Source of the DNA: Candidatus Latescibacterota bacterium
GTDB lineage: Bacteria > Latescibacterota > UBA2968
Reading direction: 5' to 3'
NCBI GenBank assembly: GCA_038279365.1
Contig: JAYODI010000099.1
Location: 1 to 18,909, forward strand
Length of the DNA stretch: 18,909 nucleotides
Below, piece after piece: positions 8,220 to 15,685 of this stretch. The notes beneath the pieces are model-generated. The model did no database searches. It worked only from the letters and a program-made list of their open reading frames with translations, and was not told the DNA's origin. Each line of letters opens with the position of its first letter. Position 1 is the first letter of the stretch. The position numbers and the translations under genes were made by a program.

Positions 8220-9470
8220 ATGATTCAGCGTCTTGAAACACTTTATTATCAGTGCTTGCGCCATGTTGAGCAAGATTTGGCAAACAGTCAAGTGTTGGTT
8301 GGGCCCAATGGCAGTGGGAAAACGACTTTTTTGGATGCGATTGCCTTTTTAAGCGACTTGGTTCGCGGCGGGCTTGATGAAGCGGTTTATCAACGGGTGA
8401 ACGATGTACACGATTTGTTTTGGCTTCAAAAAGCAGATCGGTTTGAGCTTGCTGTGGAATTGGCAGTCCCCGAAGCCGAAGGCCGTTTGTTTGATGCACC
8501 AGAATATGTGCGTTGTCGTTATGAGGTTGCAATAGGCTTGATAGACGATACGGGCGAAGTGGGTATTTTGGGTGAAAAGGTTTTGTTGCTGGCCGATGCT
8601 GTGCGCGAAGAGGTGAGTGCGCAGGAGTCTTTGTTTCCGGTGGATGGACCCGCACCTAAGTCATTGTCTACACCGCGTGTGCGTGGAACAAAGACGATTG
8701 TGAATAAAGTGCCGGGTGGCAATGATAAATTTTATGATGAAACAGGTTCGGGGTGGGATCCTTCTTTTAAGTTGGGTGCGCGTCGATCTGCGTTGGCCAA
8801 TTTGCCAGAAGACGAAACGCGGTTTCCGGTTGCTACGTGGCTGAAGCGTTTGTTGATAGATGATGTGTTGCGTTTGAATTTGGATGCCGAAAAATTAAAG
8901 CGACCTTGTCCACCTGGTTATGCACGGTCATTGATGGCAAATGGTGCCAATGTACCGTGGGTCATTGCTACCCTTAAAGACAAAGCTCCTGCGGCACATT
9001 TGGCTTGGGTGAACCATTTGCGCCGTGTGTTGCCGAGCTTGGCAACGGTTGATACGGTTGTGAGGTCTGAAGATCGACACTGTTATTTGGTGATGCACGA
9101 CCAAAATGGATTGAAAGTGCCTTCTTGGATGTTATCTGATGGCACGTTGCGTTTGTTTGCGCTTACTTTGTTGTCTTATTTGCCTGATTTTTGTGGCATT
9201 TGTTTGATTGAAGAACCCGAAACGGGCTTGCACCCTGGGGCAGTTGAGACGGTTTTTAGATCGCTGAGTGCGGTGCCTCATGCACAGGTGTTGATGACCA
9301 CGCATTCGCCTGTGATTTTGAATGTGGCACAGCCCGATCAGTTGTTGTGTTTTGCGCCGTCTGAGACTGGCGCTACGAAAATTGTTTTGGGTGAGTCGCA
9401 TGAGAAGTTGAATGCGTGGCGCAGTCGCACAGATTTGAGTGCATTGTTTGGGGGTGGGGTTTTGAGGTAA
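8220..9470 (+). CDS. AAA_21/ABC-type ATPase resembling MADS defence ATPase MAD3
   Basis: Walker A GPNGSGKTT, signature-like LSDGTLR, Walker B/D-loop IEEPETGLHP, H-loop TTHSP. Start ATG 8220 (TTG 8214 alternative). MAD3 similarity is from recall only. Confidence 0.8.
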   Translation: MIQRLETLYYQCLRHVEQDLANSQVLVGPNGSGKTTFLDAIAFLSDLVRGGLDEAVYQRVNDVHDLFWLQKADRFELAVELAVPEAEGRLFDAPEYVRCRYEVAIGLIDDTGEVGILGEKVLLLADAVREEVSAQESLFPVDGPAPKSLSTPRVRGTKTIVNKVPGGNDKFYDETGSGWDPSFKLGARRSALANLPEDETRFPVATWLKRLLIDDVLRLNLDAEKLKRPCPPGYARSLMANGANVPWVIATLKDKAPAAHLAWVNHLRRVLPSLATVDTVVRSEDRHCYLVMHDQNGLKVPSWMLSDGTLRLFALTLLSYLPDFCGICLIEEPETGLHPGAVETVFRSLSAVPHAQVLMTTHSPVILNVAQPDQLLCFAPSETGATKIVLGESHEKLNAWRSRTDLSALFGGGVLR

Positions 9471-9474
9471 GGCA

Positions 9475-9551
9475 GGCAGACGGCAGATGGCAAATGGCAG
9501 ACGGCAAATGGCAAATGGCAGACGGCAAATGGCAAACGGCAAAAGGCAGAC
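9475..9551. repeat. 11 x heptamer GGCARAH tandem array
   Basis: Units GGCAGAC/GGCAGAT/GGCAAAT/GGCAAAC/GGCAAAA starting 5 nt after the ATPase stop. Confidence 0.95.
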
Positions 9552-9610
9552 GAACCAACTGTTATTTGATTGCGTGATTTATTGGTTTTTTTGTTTCACT
9601 GATTTTAAAG

Positions 9611-9659
9611 GTTTCACGTTTGGCGTTTCACGTTTGGCGTTTCACGTTTGGCGTTTCAC
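9611..9659. repeat. Alternating heptamer array (GTTTCAC GTTTGGC) x3.5
   Basis: Seven heptamers forming an exact 14-nt period. Confidence 0.95.
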
Positions 9660-9676
9660 TGCTTTTATAAAACCCG

Positions 9677-9705
9677 TTGACAGTGGAGATGTTGCAGGAT
9701 ATATT
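9677..9705 (+). promoter_or_regulatory. sigma70 promoter for riboswitch-purH leader
   Basis: TTGACA, 17-nt spacer, TATATT, just upstream of the riboswitch. Confidence 0.75.
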
Positions 9706-9728
9706 ATTTGCGTCAAATGACACAGCAA

Positions 9729-9806
9729 GCCGATGCAACTGGCGAATTCTCGGAATGAACCGAGGGGAAGCATTGGTGGTCAATATTAAGAGTCGGTCGC
9801 CTGGGC
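9729..9806 (+). ncRNA. ZMP/ZTP (pfl) riboswitch
   Basis: P1 GCCGATGC/GCATTGGT, conserved CAACTGGCG, P2 CTCGG/CCGAG followed by GGGAAG, linker, and 3' GTCGGTCGCCTGGGC able to form the pseudoknot; upstream of an AICAR transformylase, its classic context. Confidence 0.9.
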
Positions 9807-9837
9807 TCAATCCAAATTGTGGATTGGGTCTTTTTTT
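9803..9837 (+). terminator. Riboswitch expression-platform terminator
   Basis: GGGCTCAATCCA-AATTG-TGGATTGGGTCT then a T-run. The 5' arm overlaps the GGGC of the aptamer 3' domain. Confidence 0.85.
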
Positions 9838-9939
9838 GTTTTGGGAATCAGCCGTCAGCATTTAGCAATCAGTTAAAATCTAACCATTCAAATATTGATG
9901 GTGGAATAATGGGTCACTTTTTTAGAAAGGATTTGTTTT

Positions 9940-11115
9940 ATGCCACAGGGCGAACTCACATTGCGTTATGGTTGTAACCCACATCAATCATCTGCTCGGG
10001 TGTATCATGAATCTGGCACGTTGCCATTTGAGGTGCTCAACGGGTCTCCGGGGTATATCAATTTGCTTGATGCATTAAATTCGTGGCAGTTGGTGCGTGA
10101 GTTGAAGACGGTTTTGAAATTGCCTGCCGCGGCGTCTTTTAAGCATTTGAGTCCGGCGGGTGCGGCAGTGGCGGTGCCTTTGTCAGACACACTCAAAAAG
10201 GCTTATTTTGTCGATGATTTGGATCTTTCACCTTTGGCCACGGCTTATGCCCGTGCCCGTGGGGCAGATCGGTTGTCTTCGTTTGGTGATTGGATTGCGT
10301 TGAGTGAGGAGGTGGATGTTTCTACGGCCAAGTTGATTGGCCGCGAGGTCTCCGATGGCGTGATCGCACCGGCTTATGCGCCTGAAGCGCTTGAGATTTT
10401 GAGCAAGAAAAAAGGTGGGAAATATGTGGTGCTTCAAATGGATGAAGCATATACCCCTGCCAAAACAGAGAAGCGTGAAGTTTTTGGTGTGACGTTGGAG
10501 CAAACCATTAATGACAAGATGATTACGTCAGATCTGTTGAAGAATGTGGTTTCTGAGCGCAAAGATATTTCTGCCGATGCGGAACGAGATATGTTGGTGG
10601 CCACCATTGCGTTGAAATATACACAGTCGAATTCAATCTGCTTGGCATTGGATGGGCAGGTGATTGGCAATGGCGCAGGTCAGCAAAATCGATTGGCCTG
10701 TACAGACATCGCTGCAGGCAAAGCAGAAGCATGGTTTTTGCGCCAACATCCCGATATTTTGAACTTGAAGTTTAAGAAAGGGTTGAAGCGCCCTGAGAAG
10801 ATCAATGCGATTGAGGCGTATTTGCGCGGTGATATGACACAACAAGAACGCGAACTTTGGGAGGCCAATTTTGCAGAGGTACCCGAGCCCTTAACGGCAG
10901 AAAAACGACGTGAATGGTTGGATCAGTTGAAAGATGTGGTGTTGAGTTCCGATGCGTTTATTCCTTTTCGCGACAATATTGACCGGGCTGTAAAAACGGG
11001 TGTGGGATATGTGGTTGAAACGGGTGGGTCTGCTCGCGATGGCGATGTGATTGCGGCGGCGAATGAATATGGGATGGTGCTGGTGTTGACCGGTATGCGT
11101 TTGTTTCATCATTGA
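9940..11115 (+). CDS. purH: AICAR transformylase (PurH transformylase domain only, no IMP cyclohydrolase domain)
   Basis: Begins at LRYGCNPHQ; INLLDAL, SFKHLSPAG, ADRLSSFGD, KYTQSNS, GAGQQNR, LSSDAFIPFRDNI, GGSARD, C-terminal RLFHH. AGAAAGGA RBS. Confidence 0.92.
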   Translation: MPQGELTLRYGCNPHQSSARVYHESGTLPFEVLNGSPGYINLLDALNSWQLVRELKTVLKLPAAASFKHLSPAGAAVAVPLSDTLKKAYFVDDLDLSPLATAYARARGADRLSSFGDWIALSEEVDVSTAKLIGREVSDGVIAPAYAPEALEILSKKKGGKYVVLQMDEAYTPAKTEKREVFGVTLEQTINDKMITSDLLKNVVSERKDISADAERDMLVATIALKYTQSNSICLALDGQVIGNGAGQQNRLACTDIAAGKAEAWFLRQHPDILNLKFKKGLKRPEKINAIEAYLRGDMTQQERELWEANFAEVPEPLTAEKRREWLDQLKDVVLSSDAFIPFRDNIDRAVKTGVGYVVETGGSARDGDVIAAANEYGMVLVLTGMRLFHH

Positions 11116-11274
11116 TACACGGGTTTCGTGTGGTGTCCGTAGGGTTTTCTAATCATCGATTTGATTGGGTTTTTGCCTTTTTCGTCCGTAGAACTTTCCT
11201 TATCATAGCACTGGGATGTATTCCGGTGCGGTTGATTGAGTAATTGCCGAATAGTTGTGCTTAATCATTTTTTT

Positions 11275-11306
11275 AAGTCCTGCACATACAGTGCAGGACT
11301 TTTTTT
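11275..11306 (+). terminator. Intrinsic terminator downstream of purH
   Basis: AAGTCCTGCAC-ATACA-GTGCAGGACTT (11-bp perfect stem) plus T-run. Confidence 0.85.
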
Positions 11307-11314
11307 ATTAAAAC

Positions 11315-11384
11315 TTTAACGTAACGTTAAAAATGTGGTTGACTTTGACGTTACGTTAAAGTATATTTTTGACGTTGCGTTAAG
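11315..11384 (+). promoter_or_regulatory. Three palindromic TTTRACGT-N-RCGTTAAR operators overlapping a sigma70 promoter (probable MerR-family autoregulatory sites)
   Basis: Box 1 TTTAACGTAACGTTAAA (11315-31, perfect), box 2 TTTGACGTTACGTTAAA (11344-60), box 3 TTTGACGTTGCGTTAAG (11368-84). TTGACT (11339-44), 17 nt, TATATT (11362-67) brackets box 2. Confidence 0.85.
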
Positions 11385-11412
11385 GTTTATCTATCAAATG
11401 AGGTAACTTGTT

Positions 11413-11904
11413 GTGTCAGAAGAAAATAAAAATTTAATGCACATTGGCAAGTTGGCAAAAGCCGCTGGCACAACAACACGTACGGTGCGTTTTTATGAAG
11501 AAATGGGTTTGATCAAGCCCGAATGTCGAAGTGAAGGTGGGTTTCGATGTTATTGTCACGATCAGTTGACTCGGTTGCGTATGATATTGGGTTTAAAGGA
11601 GATGGCTTTTGATCTGGATCAGATCAAAGCCATTTTGTGCAAGCAAGATGTTCACGAAACAGGTGGTCAACTTGCACATTCTATTTTAGAAGATCTAAAT
11701 GTTCAGCTTCAAGATGTGGATGCACAAATTGCCCATTTGCAATGTGTGCGTGACAAATTAACCCAAACGATTACGAGTATATGTGAGTGTTTGCCCTGTC
11801 ACAGGCGTGTTGCAGAACGTCTTTGCACGGCCTGTTCGGTACTCAAAGAAACAAAATGTCAGTCTGTATCTTTCTTTCACCAGGTAGAACAAATAAATGG
11901 TTGA
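11413..11904 (+). CDS. MerR-family transcriptional regulator with Cys-rich C-terminus
   Basis: HTH IGKLAKAAGTTTRTVRFYEEMGLI..RSEGGFRCY, LKEMAFDLDQIK, coiled coil, CECLPC-x8-CTAC tail. GAGGT RBS, GTG start. Confidence 0.92.
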   Translation: MSEENKNLMHIGKLAKAAGTTTRTVRFYEEMGLIKPECRSEGGFRCYCHDQLTRLRMILGLKEMAFDLDQIKAILCKQDVHETGGQLAHSILEDLNVQLQDVDAQIAHLQCVRDKLTQTITSICECLPCHRRVAERLCTACSVLKETKCQSVSFFHQVEQING

Positions 11905-11955
11905 GTTTATTTAACGCAGTTAACTCAAACAAGCCGGTTTCGATTGGATAGAACC

Positions 11956-12807
11956 ATGGAAAAGAAAAATAGAGTAGAAAAGGTAAAACCCTTTCGTGAA
12001 ACAACAGACCTTTATTTGCGCGATATTCGAAAATACACACCGCTTTCGCGTGAAGAAGAAGCCAGCACACTCAATGCCGCTCGTAAGGGTGATGAACAAG
12101 CCTTGCACCATTTGGTGACGGCCAATTTGCGCTTTGTGGTGCGTGTGGCAGGTGAATATACGGGGCGGGGTTTACCGCTTTCCGATTTGATTGCCGAAGG
12201 CAATGTGGGTTTGATGCGTGCCACCAAAACATTCGACCCATCACGTGGGCATAAATTCATTACGTATGCGGTGTGGTGGATTCGACAGGCCATATTGTCG
12301 GCTCTTAATCGTCAAACACATCCTGTGGCATTTCCAGTGAATCAGTTGGATGATCGCGATGTGATTAACAAAACTGCTGGGGTTATGTCGCAACAATTGG
12401 AGCGCATGCCCGATGTGGAAGAAATTGCTGGTGCAACCGATTTTTCACCGCGCCGAGTACGCCGTGCTTTGGAAACCAGCCAAGCCTCCGTTTCATTTGA
12501 TCGCCCGGTGTATGATGATGGTGCGCGGTTATATGCCGATGTTTTCCCAGACGATGCACCCGAGCCCGATGAGCTTGTTCACTCGGCATATTTGCAAAAC
12601 CGTTTGCGCGAAAGTTTGGCCGAGTTGCCCGAGCGTGAGGCCGAGATCATCAACCGTTATTTTGGTTTGGATGTGGATGACTCTGAGTCGTTGGAGCAAG
12701 TGGGTAAACATTTTCATATCAGTCGTGAGCGTGTGCGTCAGCTCAAAGACCGCGCATTGAACCGTTTGCGTGAACACTTAGACTTGGAAGAGTCTTCGGT
12801 GGCATAA
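11956..12807 (+). CDS. RNA polymerase sigma-70 factor, RpoD/RpoS-like, lacking region 1.1
   Basis: Region 1.2 YLRDIRKYTPLSREEE, 2.1 LVTANLRFVV, 2.2 DLIAEGNVGLMRA, 2.3 KFITYAVWWIRQAI, 4.2 LEQVGKHFHISRERVRQL. Confidence 0.95.
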   Translation: MEKKNRVEKVKPFRETTDLYLRDIRKYTPLSREEEASTLNAARKGDEQALHHLVTANLRFVVRVAGEYTGRGLPLSDLIAEGNVGLMRATKTFDPSRGHKFITYAVWWIRQAILSALNRQTHPVAFPVNQLDDRDVINKTAGVMSQQLERMPDVEEIAGATDFSPRRVRRALETSQASVSFDRPVYDDGARLYADVFPDDAPEPDELVHSAYLQNRLRESLAELPEREAEIINRYFGLDVDDSESLEQVGKHFHISRERVRQLKDRALNRLREHLDLEESSVA

Positions 12808-12824
12808 GCCAAGCAGTTGCCAGT

Positions 12825-12880
12825 TTGCAAGTCAGAAGGTTTTCGACTTGTGACTTGTAGACCTGAGACCTGTGACTATT
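12825..12880. repeat. GACYTGW heptamer array with a short inverted copy
   Basis: TTGCAAGTC ... GACTTGT GACTTGT A GACCTGA GACCTGT GACTATT. Confidence 0.75.
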
Positions 12881-12918
12881 TTTTTAAATTTGAGACCTAT
12901 TTTTTTAATTGAAATACA

Positions 12919-12954
12919 GACGCCTCGTTCTATATTGGGAACGAGGCGTTTTTT
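12919..12954 (+). terminator. Intrinsic terminator after the sigma gene
   Basis: GACGCCTCGTTC / GAACGAGGCGTT 12-bp stem followed by a T-run. Confidence 0.8.
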
Positions 12955-12975
12955 ATTTTATTTGAGGAGGTAAAA

Positions 12976-13809
12976 ATGATTGTTGATACACATATTCATA
13001 TTTATGACCCCACGCGCCCACAGGGGGTGCCATTTCCTGAAAAAGGCGATGTGTTGTATCGGCGTGTGTTACCCGAAGATTATAAAGCATTGGCGGTGCC
13101 AAAAGGGGTAACAGGCACGATTATCGTAGAGGCCAGTGTGTGGCCTGAAGACAATCAGTGGGTGTTGGATGTGATTGAAGATGATCCATTTGTGTTGGGT
13201 TTGGTGGGCAATTTGGATCCGCGGTCAGATGATTTTGGCAATTGGTTAGACAAACTTGCACCTTCTCCGTTGTTTTTGGGCATTCGTCCACGGACCTATC
13301 CGTGGGAGCGCGAAAACTTGGATGTGATGACAAAGGCATTTGAAAAGTTGGTGGCTTATGATTTGGAGTTGGATTCGGGCATCAGTGAAGGCACGATTGA
13401 AATTGCAAAGCGTTTGCCCGAGTTGCGCATTGTGATCAATCATTGTGGCAATATTCCAGCAGATGGCAATCCTGTAGACCCTGAAGGTTTGAAGCTGATG
13501 CAACGGGCGGCAGCTTGCCCGAATATTTTTTGTAAAGTATCGGGCCTGATGGATTTGCGTTGTAAGGTGAGACCCGCCCCTACAGATGTGGCATTTTATA
13601 CACCCGTGTTGGATGCGTTGTGGGATATGTTTGGTGAAGACCGTGTGATTTATGGCAGTGATTGGCCCGTGCTGGATTATAGTGAGCGCACCTATGCCGA
13701 CGCACAGGATATGGTGCATGCTTATTTTGCACAAAAAGGTGATGATGTTTTGGAAAAATACTTTTGGAAGAATGCCAAAAAGGCATATAAGTGGACAGAT
13801 CGCAATTAA
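12976..13809 (+). CDS. Amidohydrolase_2 family protein (LigI / L-fuconolactonase-like)
   Basis: DTHIH, IIVEAS, GIRP, IVINHCG, CKVSG, FGEDRVIYGSDWPV, NAKKAY; GAGGAGG RBS. Confidence 0.92.
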   Translation: MIVDTHIHIYDPTRPQGVPFPEKGDVLYRRVLPEDYKALAVPKGVTGTIIVEASVWPEDNQWVLDVIEDDPFVLGLVGNLDPRSDDFGNWLDKLAPSPLFLGIRPRTYPWERENLDVMTKAFEKLVAYDLELDSGISEGTIEIAKRLPELRIVINHCGNIPADGNPVDPEGLKLMQRAAACPNIFCKVSGLMDLRCKVRPAPTDVAFYTPVLDALWDMFGEDRVIYGSDWPVLDYSERTYADAQDMVHAYFAQKGDDVLEKYFWKNAKKAYKWTDRN

Positions 13810-13828
13810 ACATATGGGAATGGACGAC

Positions 13829-14632
13829 ATGGATATTGTGCCAACGGGTGGGGCATTGGGCGCCGAGATTGTGGGTGTGGATATACGGCATGAATTAGAT
13901 GCTGAAACGGTTGCTTGCATTCGACAGGCGTTGTTGGATTATTGTGTGATTTATTTTCGCAACCAAACACTGAGTGATGTGGATCAAATTCGGTTTACCA
14001 ATTATTTTGGTAAGGCAGTTGAACACGTGCGCAAGCAACGTGAGCGTGAGCACAAAGAGATCTTTTTGATTTCAAATGTGAAAGAAAACGGTGAAGAGAT
14101 TGGGGCATTGGGCAGTCATGAGGTGTCTTTCCATTCGGATTTGTCTTATCTCAAACATCCCGGTACCATTTCGACGCTTTATGCAGTTGAGTTGCCATCG
14201 GTTGGTGGGGGCACGCAATGGTGTAATTGTTATGCGGCTTATGCGGCTTTGAACGCGGATATTAAAAAACGGCTGAAAGGTTTGCGTGCGGTTCACAGAC
14301 ATTATGTGGAAGAACAAAACCCACCTGAATGGATTGACCATCCTGTGGTGCGCACCCACCCAGAAACAGGGCGCAAGTCTTTGTATGTGGGACCCCATTT
14401 AACCAAATATATTGTGGGGATGGACCGCGATGACAGTGATGCATTGCTTGAGATGATTTATGACCATGTGTCTAAGCCCGAATTTTCTTGGACACACAAA
14501 TGGCAATTGGGTGATTTGGTGATGTGGGACAATCGGCCAACGATGCATCGGCGTGAACCCTTTCCGGATACAGAGCGCAGGTTGATGAAGCGCACGCAGG
14601 TGTTTAATGGAGATGATGTACCGTTTGAATAG
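13829..14632 (+). CDS. TauD/TfdA family Fe(II)/2-oxoglutarate dioxygenase
   Basis: LGAEIVGVD, IYFRNQ, HxD (FHSD), GGGTQW, HPVVRTHPETGRKSLY, WDNRPTMHRR, RLMKR. Start uncertain (13814, 13820 or 13829); the longer ORF-track start overlaps the amidohydrolase. Confidence 0.93.
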   Translation: MDIVPTGGALGAEIVGVDIRHELDAETVACIRQALLDYCVIYFRNQTLSDVDQIRFTNYFGKAVEHVRKQREREHKEIFLISNVKENGEEIGALGSHEVSFHSDLSYLKHPGTISTLYAVELPSVGGGTQWCNCYAAYAALNADIKKRLKGLRAVHRHYVEEQNPPEWIDHPVVRTHPETGRKSLYVGPHLTKYIVGMDRDDSDALLEMIYDHVSKPEFSWTHKWQLGDLVMWDNRPTMHRREPFPDTERRLMKRTQVFNGDDVPFE

Positions 14633-14719
14633 TGGGAAATGTTGTTGCTTGGATGGTTGGATTTTAGAATGATTGTCTGGCCATTGGATGGGGTTTTGGT
14701 CTCGTAGAAGACTGTAAAC

Positions 14720-14758
14720 AAAAAGACCGACGCTCGTATTGAGGGTCGGTCTTTTTTT
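14720..14758. terminator. Bidirectional intrinsic terminator between convergent tauD-like and phyH-like genes
   Basis: AAAAAGACCGAC ... GTCGGTCTTTTTTT, with A-run and T-run flanks. Confidence 0.88.
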
Positions 14759-14776
14759 ATCTTTTTGTTGGAATGA

Positions 14777-15670
14777 TTATACTCTGTGTAAACGTATGCC
14801 CTTGGCATTTTTTTGGTCGGTCACCCAACGCTTACACCATTGATCAAAGTCGTCTTGCACCGAAGAGGGGTTTTCTTTGCTTTGTACAATAAACTCTGGC
14901 CAAAATGGACGTCCGGTGGGTGTGCCTGTTTTTTGAAAGCGGAGATCCATGCTCCAACGTACTTTGTCGGTATGATTGGCTTGTCCACGATGAGGGGTGT
15001 ATGCACTCATAAAAAGGAGGTCGCCTCGTTTCATGACACAATCGATGGGTTCGATATGGGGCATCAGATCGGGTTTGATGCGGGTGCCCCCTTCGGGTTC
15101 GTGCTCCAATAGGCCCATGGAGACCACGCCGGGTAAGACTTGTATACAGCCTGTTTGGGCATCGACATCAACAAGGGGAATCCAGACGGTCAAAATTTCG
15201 GAGGCGTCGGCTTCTTCTTTGGTGACGCCTTGGTCTTGGTGCCAAGGCACTTGCATGGGTTGTTTGTCGCCCCGAATGGGCAGATATGGGCGAATGTGTT
15301 GAATGGGGCTAAGGGTGATTTCGGGGCCGACAATGCTTTCAACAGCAGACAAGAGGCGGGGGTTAAAAAAGAACTCGAACATGGGCTTGACACGGGCTTT
15401 CATAATGTCGAGTGTAGATGTGATGCGCCGAAAGTCATTGTAGACTTCATCACTGAGTTCATTGGCTATGGCCGCCAGACGATGGCTAAAAGGTTTGTCG
15501 TCATGGGTAGATTGAATGTGCCCTTCTTCGAGCAATTCTTGTGCTTTTTGGTTGATAAGTACATTGTAATCGTGTTCAACCGCATGAAAGTCTTCGTCTT
15601 TTAACGCGCCTTCGACAATGACGTATCCTTTGTCGCGAAAGTGATCAACTTGTTTTTGACTCAATGACAT
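14777..15670 (-). CDS. Phytanoyl-CoA dioxygenase (PhyH) family Fe(II)/2OG protein
   Basis: FRDKGYVIVEG, PWHQD, TVWIPLVD, GCIQVLPG, MKRGDLLF, TPHRG..N..DKVRWSMDLRF; AGAGGA RBS. Confidence 0.92.
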   Translation of the reverse strand: MSLSQKQVDHFRDKGYVIVEGALKDEDFHAVEHDYNVLINQKAQELLEEGHIQSTHDDKPFSHRLAAIANELSDEVYNDFRRITSTLDIMKARVKPMFEFFFNPRLLSAVESIVGPEITLSPIQHIRPYLPIRGDKQPMQVPWHQDQGVTKEEADASEILTVWIPLVDVDAQTGCIQVLPGVVSMGLLEHEPEGGTRIKPDLMPHIEPIDCVMKRGDLLFMSAYTPHRGQANHTDKVRWSMDLRFQKTGTPTGRPFWPEFIVQSKENPSSVQDDFDQWCKRWVTDQKNAKGIRLHRV

Positions 15671-15685
15671 GGTGTATTCCTCTTT

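Noticed and set aside
8220-9470. ATPase as the missing ZnuC of the metal ABC system
   Set aside because: At about 416 aa, with an SDGT signature and a long insertion, it fits AAA_21/SMC-like defence ATPases rather than importer ATPases; it is also separated from the operon by another gene and a terminator.
9475-9659. Possible CRISPR array
   Set aside because: Units are 7 nt, contiguous and lack unique spacers; no cas genes in the window.
9132-9861. ORFs with repetitive translations (PFAICRL, MANGRRQ etc.) and ORFs over the riboswitch
   Set aside because: Artefacts of heptamer repeats and of the purH leader RNA; no RBS or protein-like features.
4171-11115. Functional link between ZTP signalling and the zinc-uptake operon
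   Set aside because: ZTP-zinc coupling is known in Bacillus (ZagA), but here only proximity supports it and the transcription units are separate.
11196-11306. SAM-I riboswitch suggested by CTTATCA
   Set aside because: Lacks the GAGGGA kink-turn, GCAACC and GATRA elements, and no methionine-related gene follows.
13652-13813. N-terminal extension of the TauD ORF
   Set aside because: It overlaps the amidohydrolase; TauD homology starts at about 13829.
13246-13920. 224-aa antisense ORF and the other antisense ORFs in the track
   Set aside because: Shadows of well-supported genes on the opposite strand, with no recognisable motifs.
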